A stretch of 31,504 nucleotides of DNA from Candidatus Udaeobacter sp. (GTDB lineage Bacteria; Verrucomicrobiota; Verrucomicrobiia; Chthoniobacterales; UBA10450), in contig JBIOVE010000151.1 of NCBI GenBank assembly GCA_044867565.1, positions 1 through 31,504 of the forward strand, written 5' to 3'. The notes beneath the pieces were generated by a model. That model was not told where the DNA came from. It did no database searches and worked only from the letters and a program-made list of their open reading frames with translations. Position 1 is the first letter of the stretch, and every line of letters starts with the position of its first letter. Below, one piece after another: positions 1-9,516 of this stretch. The position numbers were made by a program, and so were the translations under genes.

Positions 1-1
1 C

Positions 2-409
2 GATGGACTGTCCATCAGGCGGTTTGACTTCGAACTCGAGCAGCGGCGTCGGCCCGTTCGCATTTAAAATGTGTGGCTGAGCAACGTACCAGAGTCCGAA
101 CCCCGCGGATGCCATGACAAGGATCGCCAGGCAAACGGTAATCAATCCAATGAAGAGCCAAATAGCTCTTACTCCGCGCCAATAGAGGGTGAGAAGAATC
201 GACGTTGGCGCAACAACGAGGGCAACGATCAGCGCGATGCCGACGGCGAAATAACCGGCACCGCCTTCCATTGGCGAAACATGAAGCGCAGCTGCCAGGA
301 CTGAACCCAAGGCGAGGCCAAGCCCAAGACCAACTGCGCCGCCAACGACACCCACAAGGATACCGTAGAGAACTGCGCTGACTGGAAGTTTTTTTATCGC
401 TGCATGCAA
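2..409 (-). CDS. Multi-pass membrane protein, partial (continues off the left edge; not in ORF track)
   Basis: Manual translation gives a stop-free frame: (L)HAAIKKLPVSAVLYGILVGVVGGAVGLGLGLALGSVLAAALHVSPMEGGAGYFAVGIALIVALVVAPTSILLTLYWRGVRAIWLFIGLITVCLAILVMASAGFGLWYVAQPHILNANGPTPLLEFEVKPPDGQSI. It has about 3 hydrophobic helices followed by a soluble region. Start uncertain (TTG at 409 or 421). Confidence 0.7.
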   Translation of the reverse strand, partial: MHAAIKKLPVSAVLYGILVGVVGGAVGLGLGLALGSVLAAALHVSPMEGGAGYFAVGIALIVALVVAPTSILLTLYWRGVRAIWLFIGLITVCLAILVMASAGFGLWYVAQPHILNANGPTPLLEFEVKPPDGQSI

Positions 410-542
410 TTGAATGATCAAAGTGGATTTCCCGGTGCACTGCCGTGGAGAAGATCGATTCTTTCGTGCGTTTCGGAGCGTTTCTACTTCAATCGCGAAG
501 CCTTTTGCAACCGATCTCTTCGCTGCGATCTAGTAATCGGGC

Positions 543-668
543 CTGGGGAGCACAGGCTGCCTGCCCGTAGTTCGCTCGAACAGCTTTGCGTCATTTCCAG
601 TGTTTGCGTTCGCCAAATGCATTCGGCCAGTGGCCGAATGCGACCGGCTGGGAGCCTGTGCTCCCTAG
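543..668. repeat. REP doublet / MITE-like element with 19-bp terminal inverted repeats
   Basis: CTGGGGAGCACAGGCTGCC (543-561) vs reverse complement of 650-668 CTAGGGAGCACAGGCTCCC, 17/19 match; internal hairpin GCATTCGGCCAGTGGCCGAATGC. Confidence 0.8.
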
Positions 669-739
669 AAACAGAACCGAGCGCGAGGAGGCAACTTCGA
701 GCTTGATTTCCATCGGTCAGACGAAGCAGGATCGTCGCC

Positions 740-1123
740 ATGAAAATACAACCCTCTCTCCGAATCCTTTTCGCAGGCGTTTTGATAGCGCTCGTGAGTG
801 CTTGCGCAACCACTTCCTCGTCAGGTCCAGCCGCGTTGGCCGGTACATGGACAAACTCGCTCGGCACCGTCTGGACGGTCAAGGCCGACGGTACATTTGA
901 CGTCGTCGGCACCAAGCCTAAGCGCCACATCTGGGGCAATTACACAGTCGCCGGCGATACGATCACAATTCAGGAGACAGGCGGCGAAACTGCAAAAGGC
1001 TGCAAAGGCCCCGGCGTTTACAAATTTAGCCGACCGAACGAAAACATGCTGACCTTTGCGTTGGTGAGTGACACCTGCAAAGAGCGCGAGAAAAACGTCC
1101 TGCTCACTTGGAATCGGAAATAG
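740..1123 (+). CDS. Putative lipoprotein (small beta-rich domain)
   Basis: Basic N-terminus, hydrophobic stretch and lipobox LVSA-C (Cys22); two further Cys could form a disulfide. Confidence 0.8.
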   Translation: MKIQPSLRILFAGVLIALVSACATTSSSGPAALAGTWTNSLGTVWTVKADGTFDVVGTKPKRHIWGNYTVAGDTITIQETGGETAKGCKGPGVYKFSRPNENMLTFALVSDTCKEREKNVLLTWNRK

Positions 1124-1199
1124 GTAGGGCGGTTCACTGGACCGCCCCGGGGGCGATTGACTCCGAAAGCTTTCGCAGTTGAGGTCAACCGCCTCTACC
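1123..1199. repeat. GTAG-tagged REP doublet
   Basis: GGTAGGGCGGTTCAC (1123-1137) is inverted against 1184-1199 (rc GGTAGAGGCGGTTGAC). Internal hairpins GGGCGGT..ACCGCCC and CGAAAGCTTTCG. Lies between convergent genes. Confidence 0.8.
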
Positions 1200-1215
1200 T
1201 CGACGCTTCCAGCGA

Positions 1216-1449
1216 TCAGGCGCGATCTTTCAACTGCGTCTGTCCGCCGCTGCGCGCGCAATGGACGCAGCAGAAGATTTTGCCTCCCTGCTCCACGCCG
1301 TGACCAACGATCCGGCAATGGCAGTGCGGGCAAACCGGCGCCAGCGCGTGAATAGCGCACTCGAAGCTATCAAAGGTGTGGTGCTTGTCGCCAACGATCA
1401 CTTCAAACGCCTTGTCATATTCATTTTCGCAAACTTCGCATGTAGCCAT
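1216..1449 (-). CDS. Small Cys/His-rich metal-binding protein (prokaryotic metallothionein-like)
   Basis: 77 aa from ATG 1449: MATCEVCENEYDK...FDSFECAIHALAPVCPHCHCRIVGHG...FCCVHCA; 9 Cys and 7 His. The ORF track's 56-aa upstream extension looks spurious. Confidence 0.8.
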   Translation of the reverse strand: MATCEVCENEYDKAFEVIVGDKHHTFDSFECAIHALAPVCPHCHCRIVGHGVEQGGKIFCCVHCARSGGQTQLKDRA

Positions 1450-1604
1450 GGTAAAACTACTTCGTGCGTCGCAGCCGGTTCGGCGGTGTCTCGATTTTTC
1501 TGCGCAAGCAAAAGCACCAATGACCGCGGGGTTCCATGACTTCGAGCCAGCTTCTGCAAAGTAGAGATCGTCCCGGGAAGTGATAAGTTGCAGTGGAGTT
1601 GCCA

Positions 1605-2090
1605 ATGAAAATACCAAAACAGCTCATCGATTGCTTGAATGAAAATAAAGTCCGCTACGAAATTCTGCATCATCCGGAGGCGGTGACCGCGCAAAGGATC
1701 GCTCAGGCCGAGCACGTGAAGGGCCGGCACCATGCGAAAGTTGTCATGGTCAAATCCGGAGAACAGCACTTGATGACGGTGCTTCCCGCTGACCACCAGA
1801 TCGACCTTGAAAAGATCGGGAACGCGATCGGCAAGACCGCATCGCTCGACCGTGAAGAGGAATTCAAGTCGCTATTCCCCGACTGCGCGATTGGAGCGAT
1901 GCCGCCGTTTGGCAATCTCTATGGTCTGCCTACTTACGTGGACAAGCGTCTGGCGCAGGAAGAGTATATTGTTTTCGAAGCGGGCACGCACACCGACGCC
2001 ATCAAATTGAGCTATCGCGATTACGAGAAAATCGTGAAGCCACGTGTGGAAGACATCGCGATTAAGCTTCAGCCGATGAAAGGAGCCTGA
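1605..2090 (+). CDS. YbaK/EbsC/ProX-family aminoacyl-tRNA deacylase
   Basis: Motifs AKVVMVK, GAMPPFG, VFEAGTHTDAIKL; start moved to ATG 1605. Confidence 0.88.
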   Translation: MKIPKQLIDCLNENKVRYEILHHPEAVTAQRIAQAEHVKGRHHAKVVMVKSGEQHLMTVLPADHQIDLEKIGNAIGKTASLDREEEFKSLFPDCAIGAMPPFGNLYGLPTYVDKRLAQEEYIVFEAGTHTDAIKLSYRDYEKIVKPRVEDIAIKLQPMKGA

Positions 2091-2092
2091 GA

Positions 2093-3418
2093 TTGCGCAT
2101 CCCCCTACGGCGCGTCGAGATCCGGGTCAGGATCGCGCTGACAGGATTGGGTCTCTGGCTGGTTTGCTCGGCGGCGCCGAACGTTTACGCGGCGGAAAAG
2201 GTTTCTTTCATCAAAATTGATGGAGCGATTGGTCCGGCGACAGCGAGTTACATTTCGCGAAGTATCGATGAAACGCGGACGCAGAATGCGCAATGTCTGA
2301 TCATTCAACTTAACACGCCGGGCGGCTTGCTCGATTCGACGCAGACGATTGTGCAAAGCTTTTTGGGCTCCCCTGTGCCGGTGGTGGTTTATGTCGCTCC
2401 GACAGGCGCGACCGCAACCAGCGCCGGCTGTTTCATTACCATCGCGGCGAGTGTGGCCGCAATGGCACCGGCCACAACCATTGGCGCGGCTCATCCGGTC
2501 TCGATAGGCGGTTTCCCGAGCGGCGGAGAAGAAAAGATCGATGATACAATGAAGCAGAAGCTGGAAAATTTTTCCGTGAGCTACATGGAGGCGATCGCGG
2601 GCAAACGCCAGCGCAATGTCGAGTGGGCGAAATCTGCTGTAAAGGAAAGTGCATCGATCAGCGCGGAGAAAGCGCTTGAGTTAAAAGTCATCGATCTGAT
2701 CGCGCCCGATCTGTCGGCACTACTAAAACAATTGAACGGACGCATGGTGGAGGGCAAGACGCTCAAGACTGCGGACGCCGCAGTCGCCGAGATCAAGATG
2801 TCGCCATCGGAGCGCGTATTCCAAAAGCTCTGGCGGCCGGAGGTCATGTTCGTTCTGATGCTCATCGCGATCTATGGAATCATCGGCGAATTGACTTCGC
2901 CCGGCGCGATTCTTCCCGGCGTTGTAGGCGCGATTGCGTTAATCCTGGCGCTCTATCTGGCGGCTATCCTGCCGGTCAACGTGGCGGGACTTGCCTTGAT
3001 CGCGCTCGCACTCATGCTTTTCATCTTTGATGTCTATACGCCCACACACGGTGTGCTGACGGTGGGTGGAGTCATTTCGTTCCTACTCGGTTCGCTTATG
3101 CTCTTCGACCGCGGCGATCCGCTCTTTCGTTTATCGCTTAGCTACATTATTCCGGCCACGTTGATCACCGCGGCGTTCTTTATTTTCGTTATTGGAAAAG
3201 GCCTGCGCGCGCAGCTCCTGCCAGTGAAAGTGGGAGCGGAAACGCTGCTTGGGAAAACGGTCACCGCATCGACTCCGATCGATTCGCGCGGCGGCTGGAT
3301 TTTCGTCGAAGGCGAGTATTGGAACGCGGTTAGCGACACGCCCATCGAAAAAGGCGAACTTGCCGAGATTGCAGCGGTGCAGGGATTAACTGTAAAACTA
3401 AAAACCAAAGGAAAATAA
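2093..3418 (+). CDS. nfeD: NfeD-family membrane-bound serine protease (ClpP-like domain, membrane domain, OB-fold)
   Basis: [30 protein letters not shown], hydrophobic core, C-terminal VEGEYWNA; directly upstream of a stomatin gene. Confidence 0.9.
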   Translation: MRIPLRRVEIRVRIALTGLGLWLVCSAAPNVYAAEKVSFIKIDGAIGPATASYISRSIDETRTQNAQCLIIQLNTPGGLLDSTQTIVQSFLGSPVPVVVYVAPTGATATSAGCFITIAASVAAMAPATTIGAAHPVSIGGFPSGGEEKIDDTMKQKLENFSVSYMEAIAGKRQRNVEWAKSAVKESASISAEKALELKVIDLIAPDLSALLKQLNGRMVEGKTLKTADAAVAEIKMSPSERVFQKLWRPEVMFVLMLIAIYGIIGELTSPGAILPGVVGAIALILALYLAAILPVNVAGLALIALALMLFIFDVYTPTHGVLTVGGVISFLLGSLMLFDRGDPLFRLSLSYIIPATLITAAFFIFVIGKGLRAQLLPVKVGAETLLGKTVTASTPIDSRGGWIFVEGEYWNAVSDTPIEKGELAEIAAVQGLTVKLKTKGK

Positions 3419-3422
3419 AGCC

Positions 3423-4205
3423 ATGCCATTAATTGAAGCACTGCCAAAGTTAGTTAGTTGGGCCATACCGCTCATCATTCTTGCCATCATCATTCTGCCG
3501 CAGGCGATCCGCATCCTGCGCGAATACGAGCGCGGCGTCATTTTCCGTCTCGGAAAATTACTCGGCGCGAAAGGGCCGGGGTTGATTTTCCTTATCCCGA
3601 TCGTCGATCGGATGGTGCGAATGGATTTACGTGTCGTGACGATCGACGTGCCACGGCAGGAAGTGATGACGCGCGACAACGTGCCTGTGAGCGTTGATGC
3701 AGTGCTCTATTTTCGCGTAGTCGATCCGCAGGCCGCGGTAGTGAAAGTGGAGAATTTTCTCAAAGCAAGTTCGCTCATCGCCCAGACCACCTTGCGCAGC
3801 GTGCTTGGTCAGGCGGAGCTCGACGAATTGCTGGCGCACCGCGAAAAGATAAATCAGACGCTACAGGAGATTATTGATCGGCAGACTGACCCGTGGGGAA
3901 TCAAGGTCACGGCGGTTGAAGTCAAAGATGTTGCGCTGCCTGACACGATGAAACGCGCGATGGCCAAGCAGGCCGAAGCCGAGCGCGAACGTCGCGCCAA
4001 AGTCGTCAATGCTGAAGGTGAATTTCAAGCCGCGGAGAAAATGGTGCAGGCCGCCGCGATGATGAGTAAAGAACCGATTGCGCTGCAACTGCGTTTCCTG
4101 CAGACCATGCGCGAAATTTCGAGCGAGCATAATACAACGACGTTTCTGCCTGTGCCGATTGATTTGTTCGCGCCATTTAAGAAGAGCGGCCCACCCACGT
4201 CATAG
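3423..4205 (+). CDS. SPFH/stomatin (slipin) family protein
   Basis: [56 protein letters not shown]. Confidence 0.95.
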   Translation: MPLIEALPKLVSWAIPLIILAIIILPQAIRILREYERGVIFRLGKLLGAKGPGLIFLIPIVDRMVRMDLRVVTIDVPRQEVMTRDNVPVSVDAVLYFRVVDPQAAVVKVENFLKASSLIAQTTLRSVLGQAELDELLAHREKINQTLQEIIDRQTDPWGIKVTAVEVKDVALPDTMKRAMAKQAEAERERRAKVVNAEGEFQAAEKMVQAAAMMSKEPIALQLRFLQTMREISSEHNTTTFLPVPIDLFAPFKKSGPPTS

Positions 4206-4213
4206 GACGAAGA

Positions 4214-4236
4214 AACGTTCAACGCCCAACATCCAA
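4214..4236. repeat. 7-nt periodic repeat (AACGTTC AACGCCC AACATCC)
   Basis: Three degenerate heptamers in the short intergenic gap. Confidence 0.6.
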
Positions 4237-5832
4237 TTGGCAGAAGTCGACCGATCAAAGTCCCACGAGCGGCTGATTGCTTTTCTCGAATCCCCTCAAT
4301 CATATCCCCACAGCCCGGCGGAAGTGCGGGTGATTCAAACCCACATCTCGTGGGTCTTTGTCGCGGCGCCATATGTCTTCAAGATCAAAAAGCCCGTGAA
4401 TCTCGGCTTTGTCGATTTCAGCACGCTGAAAAAGCGCCGCCATTTTTGCCAGCGCGAGATTGAGCTGAACCGGCGGCTTGCTCCAGAAATCTATTTGGGA
4501 GTGGTTCCGATTTACAAAACGACCTCCGGGTTTTCCTTCTACGCGGAGGGCGCAATCGCCGATTACAGCGTGAAGATGCGAGAACTGCCGCACGGCTGGT
4601 TCTTGAACGAATTGCTCGCGAAGGGGCTGGTAGGCGAAAAAGAAATCAATCGAGTAATCGCGTGCCTGCATCGTTTTTACGAATCGGAAACTCCGAGCCC
4701 GGAGATCGAACAATGGGGAACGCCAGAGAAACTGAAGATCAGCACGGACGAAAATTTCGCGCAGGTTGAACGATTCGTGCGCCGCACGATTTCGCCGGCT
4801 GCTTTCGAAACGATTCGCCACTTCACGAACCACTTCTACGCCGCGAATGAAAAATTATTTGGCGATCGGATTCAGCAACATCGGATTCTCGATTGCCACG
4901 GCGATCTGCACCTCGATCACATCCACCTCACTCCAGAAGCAACGACCATCTTCGACTGCATCGAGTTCAACGATCGGTTCCGCTTCATCGACATTGCAAA
5001 TGATCTCGCGTTTTTGGCAATGGATTTCGATTTTGAAGGCCGAAGCGACTTAGGGAACCTGCTTCTTCGAAACGCCGCGTGCGAATTTCAAGACGCCGGA
5101 ATGCTGAAGCTCGCGGATTTCTACAAGTGTTACCGCGCCTTCGTGCGCGGAAAGGTGCAAAGCATCCAAGGGATCTCGATGAAGACAACGACTCCTGAGG
5201 AGCACGCAGAACAGGCGACGCGCTATTTCCGTCTCGCTTTGCAATATGCGGTCAGCGGCTCGGATCCGCTGGTGCTGGTCGTGATGGGCCGGGTCGGCAC
5301 CGGCAAAACGACTGTCGCCAGGCAATTGGGGAGCGAATTGAACTGGCCCGTTTTTTCCTCCGACCAAATTCGCAAAACGCTCGCCAGTGTCCCGCTAACG
5401 AAGCGAACCGCGCCAGAGCTTCACAACAAAGTTTATTCAGAGCAAATGACCGGGCAAACTTACCGAAAACTTTTAGAACAAGGACTTGCCGCGCTTGAAG
5501 TGCACGGCGGCGTTGTCCTCGACGCCACGTTTTCGAACCGGGCAAACCGCGAATCTTTGCGCGAACGATGCGCGAAAGCCGACGTTCGTTTGCAGGTGAT
5601 GGAACTTGAAACCGCTCCCGACAAAATCGAGAGCAGGCTGAGGGGTCGTGAGCAAAGCGTCACTGAGATTTCGGACGCTCGCCTCGAAGACCTTGAAAAA
5701 TTGAGTGCTGCTTATGAGCCACCGTCAGAGTGCGCGCCGGACTTGCTGAAAGTCTCAGCAAACAATGCCGTCAACGATGCCATGAAAGCTGTCTTGCTTC
5801 AGTTGGCTGAAAAGCAAGGAGGGGCGGTTTAG
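4237..5832 (+). CDS. Bifunctional aminoglycoside-phosphotransferase-like / P-loop kinase (COG2187 + COG0645 type, Rv2004c-like)
   Basis: QTHISWVF, KIKKPVNLGFVDFSTL, CHGDLHLDHI, DCIEFNDRFRFID, Walker A GRVGTGKTT, SSDQIRK, VLDATF. Start placed at TTG 4237. Confidence 0.88.
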   Translation: MAEVDRSKSHERLIAFLESPQSYPHSPAEVRVIQTHISWVFVAAPYVFKIKKPVNLGFVDFSTLKKRRHFCQREIELNRRLAPEIYLGVVPIYKTTSGFSFYAEGAIADYSVKMRELPHGWFLNELLAKGLVGEKEINRVIACLHRFYESETPSPEIEQWGTPEKLKISTDENFAQVERFVRRTISPAAFETIRHFTNHFYAANEKLFGDRIQQHRILDCHGDLHLDHIHLTPEATTIFDCIEFNDRFRFIDIANDLAFLAMDFDFEGRSDLGNLLLRNAACEFQDAGMLKLADFYKCYRAFVRGKVQSIQGISMKTTTPEEHAEQATRYFRLALQYAVSGSDPLVLVVMGRVGTGKTTVARQLGSELNWPVFSSDQIRKTLASVPLTKRTAPELHNKVYSEQMTGQTYRKLLEQGLAALEVHGGVVLDATFSNRANRESLRERCAKADVRLQVMELETAPDKIESRLRGREQSVTEISDARLEDLEKLSAAYEPPSECAPDLLKVSANNAVNDAMKAVLLQLAEKQGGAV

Positions 5833-5848
5833 AAACCGCCGTTCCTTG
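5823..5848. repeat. REP palindrome containing the stop codons of two convergent genes
   Basis: GGCGGTTT-AG-AAACCGCC followed by GTTCCTTG; related to the elements at 13874 and 23403-23456. Confidence 0.8.
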
Positions 5849-6527
5849 TCACGACCTTGGCAATTTGCTGGCGAAAAAGTTTGGCGCCGCCAGAGGCAGG
5901 GTGACGAATGTAATGTGCATCCGCATCCAGCTTCTCAAGCTGCGAGGCAGCGACGTTGCCGAGAGCCACAACTTGGTTGCATGGAAACAGGTCGAGGAAA
6001 GCCTTGAGCACCAGGATTCCGGCGGACCGTTCGGCCATGTTCGGCGTGCGGTTGCTCAGCATGCCGGCGCGCGGATCGAATGAATGCCACGGGAATGCAT
6101 TCCACAGGACAAATTGCTCTGGGGAGAGCCCAAGTCGCAGCAAAGTGCTCCAAACAATCGTTGCTGTGGGTTCGGAAAAACCATCTGGACACTTCTGAGG
6201 TTTGCTTGTGCGGCGCGCACTGATGCCCGAAAACAATTCGTGCGGTTCAATCCGGACTTCTTTCTTTTCTCCGAGCACGATGCGCTCGGAAGTCATGGGA
6301 ATTCCGCTGAAATGGCCACCGCGGTACCCAAGGGCTTCGCCAATTACTGCGAGTCGCGCGTTCTTGAGACGCTTGTGAAGGTAGGCGCGCAAATGTTTTC
6401 TCCGGATACCGGGCGCATTTCGACCGATGTCGTTTTCCTTATCAACTTGCCACCAGGGATTGAACACGGCACCGGATGGCGATTTTCTCAACAGCCGCAC
6501 GAACTTTTCGACTGACTGCGTGGACAT
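5829..6527 (-). CDS. Uracil-DNA glycosylase superfamily protein (uncharacterised subfamily)
   Basis: Motif A-like GEALGYRGGHFSGIPMTSE, WNAFPWH, motif B-like RHPASGG; start placed at ATG 6527. Confidence 0.82.
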   Translation of the reverse strand: MSTQSVEKFVRLLRKSPSGAVFNPWWQVDKENDIGRNAPGIRRKHLRAYLHKRLKNARLAVIGEALGYRGGHFSGIPMTSERIVLGEKKEVRIEPHELFSGISARRTSKPQKCPDGFSEPTATIVWSTLLRLGLSPEQFVLWNAFPWHSFDPRAGMLSNRTPNMAERSAGILVLKAFLDLFPCNQVVALGNVAASQLEKLDADAHYIRHPASGGAKLFRQQIAKVVTRNGGF

Positions 6528-6537
6528 AAACTTCAGT

Positions 6538-6566
6538 AAGCTCCAAATCCCAAGCTCCAATCTCCA
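6538..6566. repeat. 7-nt periodic repeat (AAGCTCC AAATCCC AAGCTCC AATCTCC)
   Basis: Four degenerate heptamers between ppsA and the UDG-like gene. Confidence 0.7.
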
Positions 6567-6583
6567 GTCTTGAAGGCGGCGAC

Positions 6584-8968
6584 TCAGCGCTTTCGCTCGG
6601 CCTTCGCTACGATCTTCTTGGTTTCAACAAAGCGGTCCGGATTGATCGAGATGGAGTCGATGCCGGACTCAACGAGAAATGCAGCAAACTCCGGGTAGTT
6701 GCTTGGCGCTTCGCCGCAGATGCCAACTTTGCAATCTGCTTTGTGCGCGCGGCGAATGACATCGCGAACAACGCTTTTTACCGCTTCGTTTCGCTCGTCG
6801 AACAGTTCGGCCAACGCGGCGGAATCGCGATCGACCCCGAGCACGAACTGCGTGAGATCGTTGCTGCCGATGGAAAAGCCGTTGAAGCGCTCGGCGAATT
6901 TCTCGGCGAGCACCGCATTCGACGGTATCTCGCACATCATGTAAATCTCCAGCTCGCCGCGGCCGCGCACCAGACCGTTTTCGGCAAGCGCGCGCAGGAC
7001 CCTATCGGCCTCGTCGAGCGTCCGGCAGAACGGCACCATCACGATCACGTTTTTTAGGCCGATCTCATTGCGCACGCGTTTGATCGCCTCGCACTCGAGC
7101 CGGAAGGCGTCGCGGTATTTCTCGTGGTAATAGCGCGATGCGCCGCGCAGGCCGAGCATCGGATTGTGCTCGTGTTCCTCGAATTGTTCGCCGCCGATGA
7201 GCGCGGCATATTCGTTCGTCTTGAAATCGCTCAGGCGCACAACCACCGGATCCGGGTGTCGCGCGGCAGCGATGCGGGCGATGCCTTGTGCCAGCTTGTC
7301 GATGAAATAATCGCGCTTGTCTTTGTAACAGCGCGTGAGTTTCTCAATGCGCGCATGCGCGTCGCGGTCCTTCAGCTCATCAAGGTGTGCCAATGCCATC
7401 GGATGAATCTGAATGCGATTGGCGATGATGAATTCGATGCGAGCCAGACCGATGCCGTCGCACGGCAACTTCCACCAGCGAAAAGCGCCAGCCGGGCTGG
7501 CGATGTTGAGCATGATCGGCGTGCGCGTTTCTGGCAGTTTTTTAAGGCTCACTTTCTCCTCGGCAAAATCGAGCAACCCATCGTAAGCAAAACCCTCATC
7601 GCCCTCGGCGCACGAGAGCGTTATCTCCTGGCCGTTGCGCAAAACTTTTGTCGCCTCGCCCGTGCCGACAATCGCCGGAATGCCAAGTTCGCGACTGACG
7701 ATCGCCGCGTGACAGGTGCGCCCGCCCAAGTCCGTGATGATGCCTTTGGCTTTCTTGAAGATCGGGCCCCAGTCGGGATCGGTCATTTCGGTCACGAGAA
7801 TGCTGCCCTCCTTGAACTTGCCGAGATCGCGCGCGCTTTGGATGCGACACACCTTCGCCGCGGCGATGGCTTCCCCGATGCTGAGACCAGAGAGGAGCCG
7901 CTTGCCTTTTCCTTTCAGCCGATAAGTCGTGAGTGAGCCGGCCTCTTTCAATGCCTGCACAGTTTCGGGTCGTGCCTGCAGGATGAAAATCTCACCGGTG
8001 TCACCGTCCTTCGCCCATTCGATGTCCATCGGTTTGCGATGATGCTTCTCGATCGCGCACGCCCATTTCGCCAGACGCAAAATTTCGTCGTCGCCAAGCA
8101 CGAATGACTCCCGCTCTTTCTTGGTGGTGTTGACCGTTCGCGTCATGCGGCCGCCGCTCCGCGCGTAAACGACCTTGCGTTTCTTGTTGCCGAGCAATTT
8201 TTCCAGGATCGGCTGCGTCTTTTTCTTGCCGAGCAATGGCTTGAAAATCATGTATTCGTCGGGATTCGCTGCGCCTTTGACGACCACTTCGCCCAAACCC
8301 CACGCAGCGCTGATCCGCACGACGTTCGGAAAACCACTTTCGGTATCGATCGAAAACATCACGCCGGCGCCGGCCTTGTCTGCACGCACCATCTTTTGCA
8401 CCCCGGCCGAGAGCGCAATTTTGAGGTGATCGAAGTTTCTTTCCTCTCGGTAACTGATCGCGCGATCGGTGAAAAGTGACGCGTAACATTTGCGGCAGGC
8501 ATCGATGACCGCGTCCTCGCCGGAGATGTTAAGATAGGTTTCCTGTTGGCCGGCGAAACTTGCCTCAGGCAGATCCTCGGCAGTCGCGCTGCTGCGGACT
8601 GCGACATCGACCGCCCGTTTTTTGTAGCGCTTGCAAAGTCCGCGATACCCTTCCCGAATCTGCTTCTCCACTTGCTCGGGAAATTTGCCTTTCAAAAAAA
8701 GCGTGCGCAGTGCTTTGCCCGCCGCGGCCAGTGATTTCGAACCTTTCTTTAGCCGCTCAATCTCCGCACGGATTTTCTTGTCGATCTTGTTTTCGCGCAC
8801 GAAAAGCCGGAAGGCGTCGGCGGTGGTAGCGAAACCATCCGGCACATGCACGCCTTTGCGTTTGAGCGCGCGAATCATCTCGCCAAGCGCGGCGTTCTTG
8901 CCTCCAACTCGGTTTGTGTCTTTGGATGAGACCTGATCGAAGCCGAGCACAAACTTCTTCGCCGCCAT
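6584..8968 (-). CDS. ppsA: Phosphoenolpyruvate synthase (pyruvate, water dikinase)
   Basis: VGGKNAALGEM, AVRSSATAEDLPEASFAGQQ, phospho-His motif GGRTCHAAIVSRELG, FSIGSNDLTQ, GICGEAPS. Confidence 0.96.
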   Translation of the reverse strand: MAAKKFVLGFDQVSSKDTNRVGGKNAALGEMIRALKRKGVHVPDGFATTADAFRLFVRENKIDKKIRAEIERLKKGSKSLAAAGKALRTLFLKGKFPEQVEKQIREGYRGLCKRYKKRAVDVAVRSSATAEDLPEASFAGQQETYLNISGEDAVIDACRKCYASLFTDRAISYREERNFDHLKIALSAGVQKMVRADKAGAGVMFSIDTESGFPNVVRISAAWGLGEVVVKGAANPDEYMIFKPLLGKKKTQPILEKLLGNKKRKVVYARSGGRMTRTVNTTKKERESFVLGDDEILRLAKWACAIEKHHRKPMDIEWAKDGDTGEIFILQARPETVQALKEAGSLTTYRLKGKGKRLLSGLSIGEAIAAAKVCRIQSARDLGKFKEGSILVTEMTDPDWGPIFKKAKGIITDLGGRTCHAAIVSRELGIPAIVGTGEATKVLRNGQEITLSCAEGDEGFAYDGLLDFAEEKVSLKKLPETRTPIMLNIASPAGAFRWWKLPCDGIGLARIEFIIANRIQIHPMALAHLDELKDRDAHARIEKLTRCYKDKRDYFIDKLAQGIARIAAARHPDPVVVRLSDFKTNEYAALIGGEQFEEHEHNPMLGLRGASRYYHEKYRDAFRLECEAIKRVRNEIGLKNVIVMVPFCRTLDEADRVLRALAENGLVRGRGELEIYMMCEIPSNAVLAEKFAERFNGFSIGSNDLTQFVLGVDRDSAALAELFDERNEAVKSVVRDVIRRAHKADCKVGICGEAPSNYPEFAAFLVESGIDSISINPDRFVETKKIVAKAERKR

Positions 8969-9157
8969 ATACCTATTATTCGTGCCGGAGCCGCATAATC
9001 GCCGCTTAACGGTGAATCGATCTGTCCGAGGGCGATGTTAAATTAGGCGACGAAGCCGCATCTTTTTTAGCAACGCGTAAGGGACTGCGCGTTCCGCCCG
9101 CTGCGCAAAGCACATATCGCACACAACCGGATGGAGCTTTTGCTGCGATAGCCGGGC

Positions 9158-9508
9158 ATGAGCATTCGGCTCAAGCGCGTTTATGAGAAGCCAGCTAGAG
9201 CCGATGGCCGACGCGTGCTGGTTGATCGCATTTGGCCGCGCGGGCTGAAGAGAGAAGAAGCGCGCGTCGATGACTGGCTCAAGGAAATCGCGCCTAGCGC
9301 CGGGCTGCGAAAATGGTTCGGTCATGATCCGGCCCGATGGGAGGAATTCAAAAGGCGATATACCGCTCAGCTGGATGATCAGCGTGAGCGCGTGGAAGAG
9401 ATCGCGCAGGAAGCCAGAAAACGGACTATCACATTGCTCTTTGGCGCGAAAGATACCGTGCACAATAACGCCGTCGCGCTGAAAGAGCACATCGAACGGT
9501 TTTGCTAA
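9158..9508 (+). CDS. DUF488 family protein (YeaO-like)
   Basis: IRLKRVYE, DGRRVLVDRIWPRG, IAPSAGLRKWFGHDP, HNNAVALKE. Confidence 0.92.
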   Translation: MSIRLKRVYEKPARADGRRVLVDRIWPRGLKREEARVDDWLKEIAPSAGLRKWFGHDPARWEEFKRRYTAQLDDQRERVEEIAQEARKRTITLLFGAKDTVHNNAVALKEHIERFC

Positions 9509-9516
9509 ATCAGCTG

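Noticed and set aside
9078-9100. AAGGGACT, resembling half of a mycobacterial DosR box
   Set aside because: The second half-site is missing, and a DosR-type site is not expected in this lineage.
9132-9146. GG-N10-GC upstream of DUF488
   Set aside because: Poor match to the TGGCAC...TTGC consensus, and it would place the transcription start at the ATG; probably chance.
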